64,000 bases of DNA from Tricharina praecox. Taxonomy: Eukaryota. The notes under the pieces were generated by a model, which was not told where the DNA came from, did not search any database, and saw only the letters and a program-made list of their open reading frames with translations. Below are positions 12,887 through 25,356 of this stretch, piece after piece. Every line of letters starts with the position of its first letter. Positions within the stretch are counted from its first letter, which is position 1. The stretch is taken from contig NW_026250427.1 of NCBI RefSeq assembly GCF_024521635.1, positions 62,001 through 126,000 of the forward strand, written 5' to 3'. A program made the position numbers and the translations under genes.

Positions 12887-14900
12887 TAATCCATCCGTGA
12901 GTCGACCGTCGGGATGTCGAACCTGGGAATCTTCTTCGTCCTCTTCGTCCTTTTCTTCTTCCTCTTCCTCTTCTTCTGAAATACCGGCACCGGTACCGTA
13001 TCCCGCCAATACCTGCGGCCAGTACCTACCTCATACTCCAAGTTTCTTCCACCTGCCAAGTTTTTCTTCTTTCTTTTCTTTGCTTTTCTTTCGCTTTCAA
13101 CAGCTCAAAGTGTGTACTCCACATGTATGTTGTGCACAGATTCCCGACGTCATGCGCATCGGACGCGATGCTTGGCCGGGTGGTTGGCCGGTTGGTTGGT
13201 GCAGGTGGTTGGTTGGTCGGGGTCGGGGTTGGTGACCTACTTCGACAGGGTCGGTCGGGAAACGGTGATGGAGATGGAAGGAGAGCGAAAAACCAGGGAA
13301 CAGGAAGCAAGAGCAAGAGCAAGAGTAAGAGCAAGAAGCTGGAGGTCGCACGAAGTAGGTGATTGGTTGGGTGGGGTACTATATAACAGGTAGATAGGAA
13401 GTACCTAGAAAACATAGGTACCTAGAATGCGTAGAAATGTGCTGGGTTGGATAGGTTGGAGACTTGACGCAAGGCTCGCAGGTGGATAGAGTACCTTAAG
13501 CACAGTGTACAGGCAATTCCGACGGAGCCGAGGCGGGCACGTCGAGCACGTCGAGCACGTCGAGTAACGAGTTAGATGAATGTCTGACGGAGAGATATAG
13601 TGCCATATGTACAGTACATACAGTACAGTACATACAGTACAGTACATACAGTACAGTACATACAGCATGTGGGGGAACCGACGACCGGACGCACGCAATG
13701 CCATGCCGAGCCGAGACAAGACTCGGCGTGTGTGTGGGTGTGTGGATGTCGTATGTAGCTTCCGTTCTAGATGCCAAATGCCAGATGCCAGTTAGAACGC
13801 AGGTGTCGAATCTCGATGTCGATGTCGGCGCACGATGATGACAGCGGAAACCGATCATGACGATATGGTAGTCCAAGTACCCATACTCTATACCGTCCGT
13901 AGTTATAGCGAGATAAGTAGGGAAGTAAGTATCGTGTCCTCGCAGTCGGTACGTGCCGAGGTGGGAGATGATCGGCTGAGACATTCCGCACGGCGGAAGG
14001 CGGGGCGGCGCGGAGATGTATTTTGGGCGTCCAGTATAATAGACTAATGGTACCTGGAGCACATCGGTCTAGATGTAGGTACTTGGTCGGTATTCGTTCG
14101 TATGCGACGGCGATGAGTAGAGTACCTAGAGTAGAGTAGAGTGGGTAGATGGCCATGGTAGATGGCCATGGTACTGGTTGGTTTCATATACGAAGGAAGG
14201 AGGGAAAACGGGGCCGGGCCAGGTGGTTTACTGAGGTACACATTATGAGTCCAGTCACGTGCACCGCCTCCACCACCACCACCACCACCGCCATAAGAAC
14301 CACAAGAACCATCCCCCAGCCGATGCGATAAATAGCCGTGGGTATGGCTCGTCTGCAGATAGATGCAGTACCTATGCCTGCCGATACGGTATGTACCTCC
14401 TACGGTATTCCATGTTAACTCCGCAGACCGAAAAAAAACCAAGACGGACGTCCTGCAGGCTGCTCGACCTTCCTTCCTTCCGTATCGATGACGGCCAATC
14501 TATCTATCTATCTATGGGACAGCCGTGACGTGAGACGCAACCCTGGCAGCAGGCTGGCACCAGGCATGGTGATAGAGTGCCTACATATCCATCGACGCGC
14601 TCTTTCCGATGGGCCAGAGGTCCAGAGAGACATTCGGCCATGGCCCATGGTAATCATCGGATGGAGATGTAACGCCGTGCTCTTCCGCATCTACTTCTTA
14701 CGATGGAAAGGACTACCTGGTAACTATGTCTTTGCCTGCTTATATGTACCTTGTACATGCCCAAGTACTGGACAGTGGAGTATCATAGGGTGAGGATTAC
14801 TCTACTCCACTCTACGACAGTACTCTATACACTGACGACAGGAGGAGCAGCACCATGCCAACATGCGACACGCAAATGTCAATGCCAATGTCAGCGTCGA

Positions 14901-14940
14901 TGGGGTTGGGTTGGGGTTGGGGTTGGGGTTGGGGTTGGGG
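14901..14940 (+). repeat. (TTGGGG)n tract with G-quadruplex potential
   Basis: tggggttgggttggggttggggttggggttggggttgggg; seven G-runs. Confidence 0.85.
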
Positions 14941-16080
14941 AAGCGGAGTTCTGGTCGTGTCGGCGCCGATGTTTGCCGTGCGCGGCCATCATCGCGACGC
15001 TACTACTAGTACCATGGTAGGCCACAGTTGAGCGAGTAGTTTCCACCGTAGTTACGCGTTGTGGTTGGTCTTTTGGCAGCCGAAAGTTCCCCCGCCCCCC
15101 CCATGCGAGCGCCTTCTCCGGAGTCCGGACGGGGCGAAATACTCTAGACTCCAGTTAGGCTCTCTCTAGTCCCTTATGTAAAATATGGGGGTGACACTAC
15201 CCTACCTATGGGATGTTGTACTGTGGACTTTGGGGGGGATGGTGAGAAAAACGGACAGAGACTGGATGAGTTACTTACGAATGGATGGATATACGGCAGT
15301 GCCAATAAAACCAAGAAGCTGTCTCCTGTCCGATGCAGTTCCAGTTCCGTTCCGCCCCCTCCCCCCTTCTTACATATCAATAATCGTCGAACGCGCACCC
15401 ACCCGCCCAAACTCGCTCGCTCATTGTTCATCTCTTTCCTCCTTCACCTACTCACCTACAGACAAACCTTCGACAACGACGTTGCTTGGTTGGTTGGTTG
15501 GCCAGACCCGTCCACACACCCTCTGCAGCTCTGCTCGCTCACCAATCCACTGCGATCGCTCGGTAAATACTTACACACATACTTGCTTGCTCCACAACAC
15601 CATTACCCAGCGTACGACATATCATACATATTCCCCCCGTGGAGCGGAGGAGTGGTTACCCGATATCTACCTACCTGCTGTGCTTGCGTTGCCCACCCAT
15701 AGAATAGACTCTTATTGCGGTACGGTACTGCATCTATCCGTCCGCCGCCGCCGCGGTCCGTTGCAACTTGCGCTTCGTCGGTCTTCAGTTGTCGGTTTCA
15801 GCTGCGCCCCACAAAAGCAACCAAGTCGAGACTCGATAAGCACGCAAGTCGCCTCGTACTTACACACATCACACATACATCCTACATACTCTACTTGCTC
15901 TACTTATAACTATTCCTTCCTTCTTCTTTCCTTTTCTCTCGTCGCTCGTTCGCTCGCTCGTGCCGATCGGAGTTTAGGATCGCACAACCTCGACTGGGTG
16001 CGGGGACAGCCGAGAAAGAAAGAAAATCAGAAAAAAGAATTGGCCGGCCTCCTGGCTGCGTTAGTGTGGTTTAAAGCACG

Positions 16081-18712
16081 ATGATGACATCTCCTGCTCA
16101 GCGATCCCAGCCTGCCGTCGATGCCGCTGCCGCTACCACGACTATTACCACTGCTGCTGCTGCTATTGCTGTCGCTGCTGCTTCTGCTCTTCATCCTCCG
16201 TTTCGATTCTCTCCCTCTACTACCACTGATTCACCCTCGAGACGCCACTCCATCGTCGTGCCAAACTCCTCTGAAACGACTTCCTCCACCACCTCCATCA
16301 CCACCAGCACCTCCTCACCATCGGCTTTGCCACCTCTTCTGCCGGGACTGATCTCGACCCCTACAGCCACGGCGTCCACCCAGCCCGACCAGACGGGGAG
16401 ACCGCTGTCGACTCTGACGGAACCCACCCCACGGAAGAGCCGAACCCCGAAAGACGTCGCCAAGCGACTCTTCGAGCAGGCCATCTCGTCTTCGTCCAGC
16501 CGATCGTCGCGGAGAAGACGGACCATCTGTTTCCCCGTAAATACAGACACCACCACCACCACCACCACCTCCTCCTCCACCTCCACCGCCTCCACCACCC
16601 CGATGCTGCGCGTAATGGGCGGCGGGAACTCCGGTATTCCCTCACATCATGTCACTACGACGGCTCCCAGACCGGTGCCGAGCCAGTGCTCCTCGGGAGC
16701 TTCGTCCACAACTTCCGTCAGTACGGTCAGCAGTACCAGTAGGCCCGGACCGACCCCGAGACAGCGACCGACGAGCGCCTCTCGCATCCACGACCCTGGC
16801 CCGGTTCCCATGTATGAGAAGCCGCAAGCTTCGTCGAGCGGCGGCGCCGTGACCATGACCATACAGCTTGCGGAGCCGATCCTGTTTCTGCAGGGACTGG
16901 ACGGGAGCGAGAGCATCCGGAGGGCTGCCATGCTGCGGGGTAGCATGATCCTGCGGGTCACGAAGCCGACAAAGATCAAGGCGGTGACGTTGACGTTCAA
17001 GGGACGCGCTCGAACGGAATGGCCGGAAGGTACACAAACAAAGACTTTTTCTGATGAGTGATATCTGTTGACTGACCTGACGTTTTTAGGAATCCCACCT
17101 CGCAAGTCGGAATATTTTGAAGAAAAGGAAATCATGCAGCACACGTGGCCCTTTTTCAACGCTCAGTTCGTGACGGCGGAGCTGGGCCATTGCGCGGATT
17201 CGTTTACCCCGCGGAAACCCACGTCCGGCTCCTCGACGGAAAGCGGCGTTGGTGGCCTCCCAAAGAGCAACTTCATGTGGACGGCGACACCCGCCGAGCA
17301 CAAAAACACCTTGCGCATGACAAAGTCGCGGAGCCTATCGAGAGGAGAATCGCCACATCGACAGCTCTCGATCGCGCAACGCGGATACCGCATATTCCCG
17401 CCCGGTGATTACGCCTACAACTTTGAGTTGCCGCTCGACAGTTGTTTGCCAGAGACGGTAAACGTCGAGCTGGGGTCTGTAAAGTACGAACTGGAAGGTT
17501 CGATAGAGAGGCCGGGTGCGTTCCGCTCCAACCTGACGGGAAAGAAGGAGGTCTTGTTGGTTCGGGTGCCTTCGGACGCGAATCTGGAGCAAACGGAGCC
17601 AATCGCGATCAATAGGACCTGGGAAGATCAGCTCCATTACGACATCGTCATCTCGGGCAAAGCGTTCCCGCTCGGAGCATCGATACCGATCGCCTTCAAG
17701 CTGACTCCTCTGGCCAAGGTTCGCTGCCATCGCATCAAGATCTTCATCACTGAGAACATCGAGTACTCGTGCAAGAACAAGAAGGTCCATCGCATCGACC
17801 CGGTCAAGAAGGTTCAGTTGTTCGAGAAGCGCGCGGAAGCACCGGCCACGTCGGCGTTTGCGGGCTCTTCGGTTCGAACCACTTCTGGTGGAGGTGTCAC
17901 CACACACAGCAGCGGTGGTACGGAGGATGTGGTCAACGGAACGGACAACCTCCTTGGGGATCTTCACGGCACGCCAAACATCGGACCGACAGAGATGGAG
18001 TTCAATGTGCAGTTGCCTGGGTGTAACGCGAAGGAGCGGGATCGTATCCATTTCGATACCACCTACGGAAACATCCAGGTGCATCACTGGATCAAGGTAC
18101 GCGCTCTCGTGTGGAATTCCCACAGAAAAAAGAAGAAAGAAAAATTGACAGGAGTAGATTGTGATGCGACTCAGCAAGCAGGATCCCACCGATCCGACCA
18201 AGCGTCGCCACTTTGAGATCTCGATCGACTCGCCCTTCCATTTACTCGCCTGCCAGGCGACACACGCCAACACCACTCTCCCGGCGTACGACGATCCCCA
18301 ATCCGGCGGGCCATCATCGACGGGCTCCTGCAGGTGCCCGCCATTCCGACGGGACTCCTCGCGCACGGCTCAGCAGACCCCGGCGCTACAACGAAATCCC
18401 ACCACGGCTCCACCTCCTCCGTTTACACCGAGTGTGCGGCCACCCGCAGTTCGATATCCAACCATGAACCCACCACCATTCAGCGCCGAGCCGGACCCAT
18501 TACCGCTCGTCACCCCGCCGCCGCGCTACGATTCCGTCATAGACAGCAACGAGGGACTGGCGGGATACTTTTCCCGGCTGGCGGAGGCAACGGAGGATGA
18601 CGATACCGACGACGACAGTACCAACGGCTCTGCCCGCGGAAGACCCCCGCTGCTGCCGCTCACGCCTGGCGGAAGAGTTGCTAGGAGCATGGACGAGAGG
18701 CGGACGTGGTAG
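16081..18712 (+). CDS. Alpha-arrestin ubiquitin-ligase adaptor (ART family, Aly1/Aly2/ApyA-like)
   Basis: Exons 16081-17029, 17090-18096, 18158-18712; introns GTACAC..CTGAC..TAG and GTACGC..TTGAC..TAG. Arrestin-N (LRGSMILRVTKPTKIKAVTLTFKG, GDYAYNFELPL, LPETV) and arrestin-C (WEDQLHYDIVISGK, RRHFEISIDSPF) motifs; PY motifs LPAY and PPRY. The start codon is uncertain because the N-terminus is long and low-complexity. Confidence 0.88.
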
Positions 18713-19666
18713 TGTATGATTATGATTTACGATTTGTTGTGGGTTTCTTGTTATGCCGTTGGGGTGTATATAAATTCTTTCGGATGCTGTCTGTAGTGTA
18801 GTGTGGGGGTATACCATCTTTTTCTTTTTTCTTTTTTCTTCTTTGTTTTCTTTTCGGTTTGTCATTTGGCTTGTTGATGGAGAAGTGGGCGTTTGGGGGC
18901 GTTGTTTTTGCATTTTCTGTTGAATAACATACATAGGATGGAACGGGATGGGGATGGGTTGGGAAATTAGACTGGATTGGATGATGGATGATGGTTGATG
19001 GATCCGCGCGTTTCCGTTGTGGTGGTCACACTCGTGGTCAACTGTGAACAGTAGTCAACTGTCTACAGAGGTGGGAAACAGAGGTGGGAATACGGGATCA
19101 AACGGAACCGTGGGCCCATTCGGTTTGATGCACTGTGCTCTACTCCCGATACCTGAGAGATACGATCGTGCTCGTGAGGGTAGACATCCAGACTCCACTG
19201 TCCAGTGCAGAGCTGCAGAGCTGCAGAGCTGTAAGGAGGATTGATCCCAGCCGCATGTTCCCAACAAACCCCCTACGGCCTCACAGCCTCGATTTACTTT
19301 TTCTTCTCTTTGGTTTGCGCAATTACCTGGCCGTTCCTGGCCAGAATGCGCCGCCGTGGCGAGGTCGTGAGTGACTTTGTGTGAACTACGCAAGCCATCG
19401 TCTCGGTGGTGTCGGTGCGAATGAGTGAGTACATAGCAACGCCGCAATGACACGTTTCAGCCCTACCACTTTCGTACCTAGTCGGTAGCCAGCAAGCACT
19501 TACTCTGGAGTACCAGCGCCCCAGCCACGGCACACATGTAACTACTAGAGTAGTAGTCCAGGAGGATCTACAGTCCAGGAGGATCTCCAGAGTCTATGTA
19601 GTCCAGTTCACGGTACGGTACGGGCGATGCCTTTAAAGTTTAAGCTTGCCTCGCGGTCTTGCTGGC

Positions 19667-19812
19667 CTCGTGGTCCTGCGGTGAGCTCGCGGTCCTGCGG
19701 TGAGCTCGCGGTCCTGCGGTGAGCTCGCGGTCCTGCTTCCCTCGACGCTGCCCGCTGAGCTCGACGCTGGCTGCTCCCCTCGACGCTGGCTGGCTGCTTC
19801 CCTCGACGCTGG
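19667..19812. repeat. Compound GC-rich minisatellite: 19-bp CTCGCGGTCCTGCGGTGAG x3.7, then four CTCGACGCTG-containing units
   Basis: Directly visible tandem units. Confidence 0.85.
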
Positions 19813-20289
19813 CTGCTCCTGCTCCTGCTCCTGCTGGGATCTGGGACACAAGAGCTGGAAGAGTCGGTTGAGGAAAGAGAAGTGACGGCTGGGAGCACTC
19901 TGGGCGAGCGTGTAGTCTGCGACCGGCCACAGCACAGCACTGGCTGCAACCTGTAGCCTGAAGCCTATGAGATGCCAGTGGGCGTGCAGTGCTGCTTGCT
20001 GCTACATATCTCCCTGGTGCTCCCGATCCCAGCAGTGGAGCGGGAGGCCCGCTAGAACCTGGGATATCTAGTGTGGAGTTCCTCCTCCTCTAGGCTCCAC
20101 GTTGTATCACTCGCGCCGCGGTGACCGCTAGTGTGGACTCTTGGAGTGCACATGCGAGGCTGTGAGGGTTTGGTGCGATACTACTACATCGACTGGCGTG
20201 GTCGGTGTTGCCTGCGACGTGCGTACCGGTGAACTATATGCCGGGTCCGGATCACTGGTGAGGTAATGGACGAGAGAGGGTGATCTTCG

Positions 20290-20353
20290 GTTTATTTCGC
20301 ATTCAGCCTGTCTAGACTATGGCGAACCGTCGCAGTTCTTTCCTGCCCACTGT
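20290..20353 (-). mobile_element. Degenerate LINE 3'-terminal relic
   Basis: Minus strand acagtgggcaggaa...gccatagtctagacaggctgaatgcgaaataaac resembles the LINE tail acagtgggatggaa...gccatgatctactgaagtcgaatgc...aaac. Confidence 0.45.
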
Positions 20354-20520
20354 AGATCGCAGTATCCGAATATCCAAAAAAATCATGTGCGAGTGCTCGG
20401 CCGTGAACGGGAGGTGGTTATCCATACAGGTTGTTACGGCTTCACGGAGGTGCGCTCCCCTAGATACCGTAGGATACTACGTAAGGAGCCTTGTGGCAAT
20501 GTAGCAGAACAAGGCCACCA

Positions 20521-20572
20521 CAGGCAAACAGGCAAACAGGCAAACAGGCAAACAGGCAAACAGGCAAACAGG
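20521..20572. repeat. (CAGGCAAA)6.5 tandem repeat
   Basis: Directly visible. Confidence 0.92.
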
Positions 20573-20779
20573 TGCAGGTCATGGGTACTATGTGTGCCGT
20601 GCCATGTATCACAGCCTCACAGGTGGCCATGAATGTGTCCAATGTTCAATGTTCATGTAGATAAAATGGCGGACATGGGCACTCTATTATGTACACCTGC
20701 CTGCAACCCGTGATCTAGCCATCCAGCATCCAGCGAGCCCATTCACCTGCCCCAAGCCTGTCCGAATCAACCAGCATTA

Positions 20780-21720
20780 CTACGTCTTCCTCGGCTCCTG
20801 CTGCTGCTGCAGTCGTATCTTCTCCTCAACCGCCACGATCTCCTCATTCGTAATGGCGAGCTCCGCCTCCACGGCCAGTAGCTTCCCATCGAGCATGGCA
20901 GCATACTCCTGATCACTCAACTTCTTGATCGGATTCCAGCGTGAGTTAAACGTGCGGTCCAGCAGACTGATCGTTTTGACCTTGACCTTCGGCGGCGCAA
21001 ACGCCTCCTCCGTGTGGCGCGCGTCCGCGATATTGTAGCCGTACTGGCCGCCGAGACCGACGAGCCCCCATACTAATGCCCCGGGGAGCGCGTTGGAGCG
21101 ACCTCCTGTTGGATACGGTTAGATGTGTGGTGAGGAGGGGAGGAGGGGTTGGCGGAGGGGGAGAGAACGCACGTAGCACAAGCCCGAGCGTCAGCCCAGT
21201 CACGGCCCCGGCCGCACCGCTGACATAGACTTTTTCCTTCGGTGTCAGGTGGGCGCCCGCCGCACCGTCGACGCGGGGATCATGTAGGGCGCGGAATAAC
21301 GTCAAGCGTACAGCTGCATACACATTTCTTGTCAACCCTCGCGCAATCTCATCTCCCTTCCCTTCGCGGCGGGGTAGTGGGGTGGCATACCATAATACGT
21401 TGACCCGAGTGCGAAGCAGTTCAATCCCGTTCCGGCGGCGAAGAGGCCTATGGTGGGCGTGGAGCGGAGAACGGCAGCTATGCCGCCGAAAACAACGCCG
21501 GTACATCCTGTGCGACGCACGGAGGTGAGCGCGAGATGGGATGCGCCGAAGGCGGCGGCTGCGAGAGAGACAGCGGAGGAGGACGGACGCACGGACCAGT
21601 CACGGCACCCACCTTCAGTGCGGGAAGAAGAATCGGTTCGGGATTGTATGCGGCTGCTGGCGGCGGCGGTGGTACTGGTGGTATAGATGAGGAGGGTGGG
21701 GATGGGCCGGGGAGCTGCAT
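20780..21720 (-). CDS. Multi-pass Gly-rich membrane protein, Tim17/Tim22-family-like
   Basis: Exons 21720-21597, 21507-21391, 21313-21173, 21105-20780, with three GT..AG introns that keep frame. Four Gly/Ala-rich hydrophobic segments and a C-terminal helix (NPIKKLSDQEYAAMLDGKLLAVEAELAI). Family assignment is an inference from composition. Confidence 0.75.
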
Positions 21721-22724
21721 GGTGATTGGTGGAGGCGGGGTGCGGGTGGTGAAGGATAGCAGCAGCGGCGATGGTGTTCAGCTGTGTGTGTTGGAGTCAC
21801 GATGCGAATGCGAGGGCCTCGTGCACATGCGTTATGCTTCGTGAGGAAAATGCCGAAAGCAGAAAAGCGTCGAGACGTTACTCCCGCAAGTCCAGAGAGG
21901 CTCAAAATGTGCAATATCGATAGCCGAAGACGACGATTAAAAATTCCCTATCGTGGATTGGCCCAACGTTTATTACCGCGTGTAGCTGTTCTGGGCACCT
22001 TCTAGCCTGCATGTGTGACGGAGTAGGAGGTACTCGGCGCTTATCGCATACACGATTACTTGAACGGGAAATACATAATAATAAAACAGTCGTTTGGGAA
22101 AATAGGCCAAGACTGGCCATTTACATGGCACTTTTCCACACACAGCGCTTTCCCTCGAGTGAATTTTACAACGCCATGTTCAGACGAGATGCTCAAAGCA
22201 TCACAGCAAAGTACGCATTTAATTGCTGGACTGCTCCAATTTTCTTGAATTTACTCGGGGACCAAGATAGAAGATTTCTCCCGTGGCTGACAGGAGGTGG
22301 TCTGGTGAGTCAGCGAGCGGTTATTACACACATTTCAATTCATCCGCCTCTTCTCTTCTGCTTACTTAACTTGCGTGCGCCAAACCCTTCCACGGTCTGG
22401 CTGCAATTTTTTTGAACGTTGCACACGCTAAAAGTAATTTAGCACCTACTTTTCCGCACCAACCTCCACCACCCCGCTGTTAACTGACAGACGACAGGCA
22501 ACAGACCGGTCCTCATCGCACAACCCACTTACCACCAACCCTTACACACACCGGCCCCATCGCTTCCTCTCCTCCCCCCACCCAACCCTCTACTACACAC
22601 TACCTTACTACCAAAACTACTACCTTATTTCCCACCCCTCCCGCCTGAAGAAGTCTTCTTCAGCTTCACACTACTCCAACAAACGCGCTCTGCAGTTGAA
22701 GCGCGTTCTCCAACTTTCGCAATC

Positions 22725-24701
22725 ATGGGTTCGTTTTCCCTTTCCTCTGCCGCCGAGTCTACAGTCGTCTTCCGCTGTCCCTCCTTTGCCGCCGAGCAAT
22801 TTCCCGCCGTAGTATATGGTGCTGACTGTCTTTCTCCCGTATAGCGCCCAAGAAAGCAATCAAGATGAATCTTGCGGATTTCATCAAGGACGAATGTAGG
22901 TCACTGCTTCACTCAATCGCCGTCGCCTGGCAGATGTCACTACCGCTCAATCTTCGGACATTTCTTGCTGGCCGAACACAACGTAGAAACATGCTAATCT
23001 GTGCCCTCAGCCATGGGTCCCACCACCAGTTGGGCCGACGAGATGGACGCTTCCACTCCAAGCTGTATGTATCCCAACCTCCAACATGCAATCCACTGAT
23101 CCTCGCTTGACAGTTGGCTGACATCTATGCATTAGCTTCCGGTATGTTGCGTCGCTTGTCCAGCTGTTCTTGCATGCGCACAGACCGCTAAAACTTCACC
23201 TAGACGGACGCACCGGCGGTTCCTACGGTAGTACTCGTCGCGACTACGGTGGTGCATCCAGTGGTGCCGGTGGTAGCAGTGACCGCTACGCTGGTTACTC
23301 GAGGGGTATGTATATGAAAGTGGACTTTACTGGCGCATTTTTGACATTTAATGCGTTCAGCCGACGACTCGGACCGCCCTGCACGTGCGGTTGTCCCGGT
23401 CCCCGACAGACCGCCCTACAACGCCCACGTCGGCAACCTTTCTTTTGAAGCCACGGAGAACGAGATCTCGGATTTCTTCGCGAACTGCAATGTTACCAAC
23501 GTTAGACTTATCCGCGACAGGGAGCAGGGTGACCGTCCCAAGGGGTTCGGATACGTCGAGTTCGGTACTAAGGACGGTCTCTTGGCGGCTCTGGACCTGA
23601 ATGGTTCTCAACTTGCCGGTAGACCTGTCAGGATCAACGTTGCCGAACCACGTAAGTTGCCATCAATCATTGATTGAAGTTTCGTATGGCGATGACTGAT
23701 GGTGAAAAACAGCCAAGGACCGTGGAGACGACCGCACCACTGGCGAATGGCGTCGCAGCGGCCCACCTCCTTCGACTGAGCCTGCTCAGCGTCGTGGTGG
23801 TGGCAGCAGCTACGAGCGTTACGGAAATGACCGCAGTGATCGCAGCGACCGCGGTGACCGCGAGGAGGGTGGACGTCGTCAAAATTCCTTCCGCGAGAGT
23901 GACGGCAAGGTCCGTGACTTTAACAACTGGGAGCGCAAGCCCTTGTCGCCCCTCCCCCCCACCTCCCCTACAGCCAGCGACCGTCCCCGTGCTGGTGGTG
24001 ATCGCGAGTTCCGCCGCCGTTCGCCCGCTCCTAGCGCCGATGGTGATCGTTCGGAACGCGCACCCCGAGAACGTCCCCAGGTCGAGAGACAGCCAACCGC
24101 CGCCGATAAGGACAACGAGTGGCGCAAGGGAGCCCGCCCTGACCCTCCCCAGCGCAGCACACCGACTTCCCCCGTTCTGGCCCAGAGCCGTCCTAAGCTT
24201 GAGCTCAAGAAGCGCTCCGAGTTGCCCCTCGCGACAGATGCCCCTGCGTCTGCTATCGACAGCAAGGCGAGCCCGTTCGGTGGTGCTAGGCCCATCGACA
24301 CTACTCAACGCGAGAAGGAGATCGAAGAGAAGAGAGTCGCCGCCATCGCTGTCCGCAAAGCCCGTGAAGAGAAGGAACGTGAAGAGAAGAAGGCTGCCCG
24401 CGAGGCCCAGGAAAAGGCGTCGGAGGCTGGAACGCCAGTTGCCAACAAGAGCTTCGACAATCTCCGACGGGGATCCGGATCTGTTGCGACTCCCGAAGCC
24501 ACCGAGGAGGAGGCCAAGGATAAGCCGGCCACCACCGAAAAACCTCAACCGGAAAAGAGACGGACGGACACCAAGCCTGCCCCTAAGAGCCCGGGAAGCT
24601 GGCGAACTTCTAAGGCGGAAGCTCCCAAGCAGGAGGGCGAGGATGGTTGGAAGGTCGCCTCTGGAACAAAGCGCGGAGGTCACGGATCTAACAGGCCGTA
24701 A
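22725..24701 (+). CDS. TIF3: Translation initiation factor eIF4B
   Basis: Exons 22725-22728, 22845-22895, 23011-23064, 23136-23141, 23204-23305, 23361-23651, 23713-24701. Reads MAPKKAIKMNLADF...SWADEMD, then an RRM (PPYNAHVGNLSF, RPKGFGYVEF), RPKLELKKRS and SPFGGARPIDT. Confidence 0.92.
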
Positions 24702-25356
24702 TCGACACTACCAGCCGCCGGCACATCGGAGAAAAAAAGAGTATGGTGGGATCAAGGTGGGAAGGCGCAAAGTATGTTTGTGGGTGTTGTGCTTTTGTGA
24801 GATCGGGGTTTAGTTTTCGGTCTTGGCCTGTTTTCATGTTTGCTCTTTCCGATGGCCGTCCATTAATGCGTGGGCAATCGCAAAAAAGGTTGTTTCGTCT
24901 TGTTCAAAAGCTTTTGTTCTATTTTTCGTCTCTATGATCCATCTCCTCTTCTGTGTTATGTGTGCACAGCGTGGTATCTTGATATACTTCCAATGCACGA
25001 CCTCTCCTTAAGCCGTTATTTTCTCCGAGTGGATGAGGGGGGCTCGTTCTCACGTTTACGTATTGCATCGTGTGGCTTACCTATTTCGGTCATGGATTTT
25101 TCATCTTTCGGATTCAAAAGTGTAGAGCGTCTCTCTCTGTGGTTTTTTTTCTATTAAGCCGTATCATGTATTCATTCTGCTTTTTCTTACGGCAAAGGTG
25201 GGGTGGGGGTTATGGCTGCTTCTGCTGCTGCTGTTGCTGGTTGAAGTCGGGGGGTAAGAGTTTGAGGATGTGCAACCACGGCTTCCATGTTTGTATGTTT
25301 GTAGGTTGGTTGTTAGGCTTTATTTCATGACGCCTTTTATGATGAACTGCTCGGGT

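Noticed and set aside
15185..16084. 299-aa ORF overlapping the arrestin start
   Set aside because: Composition looks like promoter/5' UTR sequence; no domain evidence.
9491..20572. Tandem repeat arrays considered as CRISPR-like
   Set aside because: Eukaryotic context; units are contiguous without unique spacers, and there are no cas genes.
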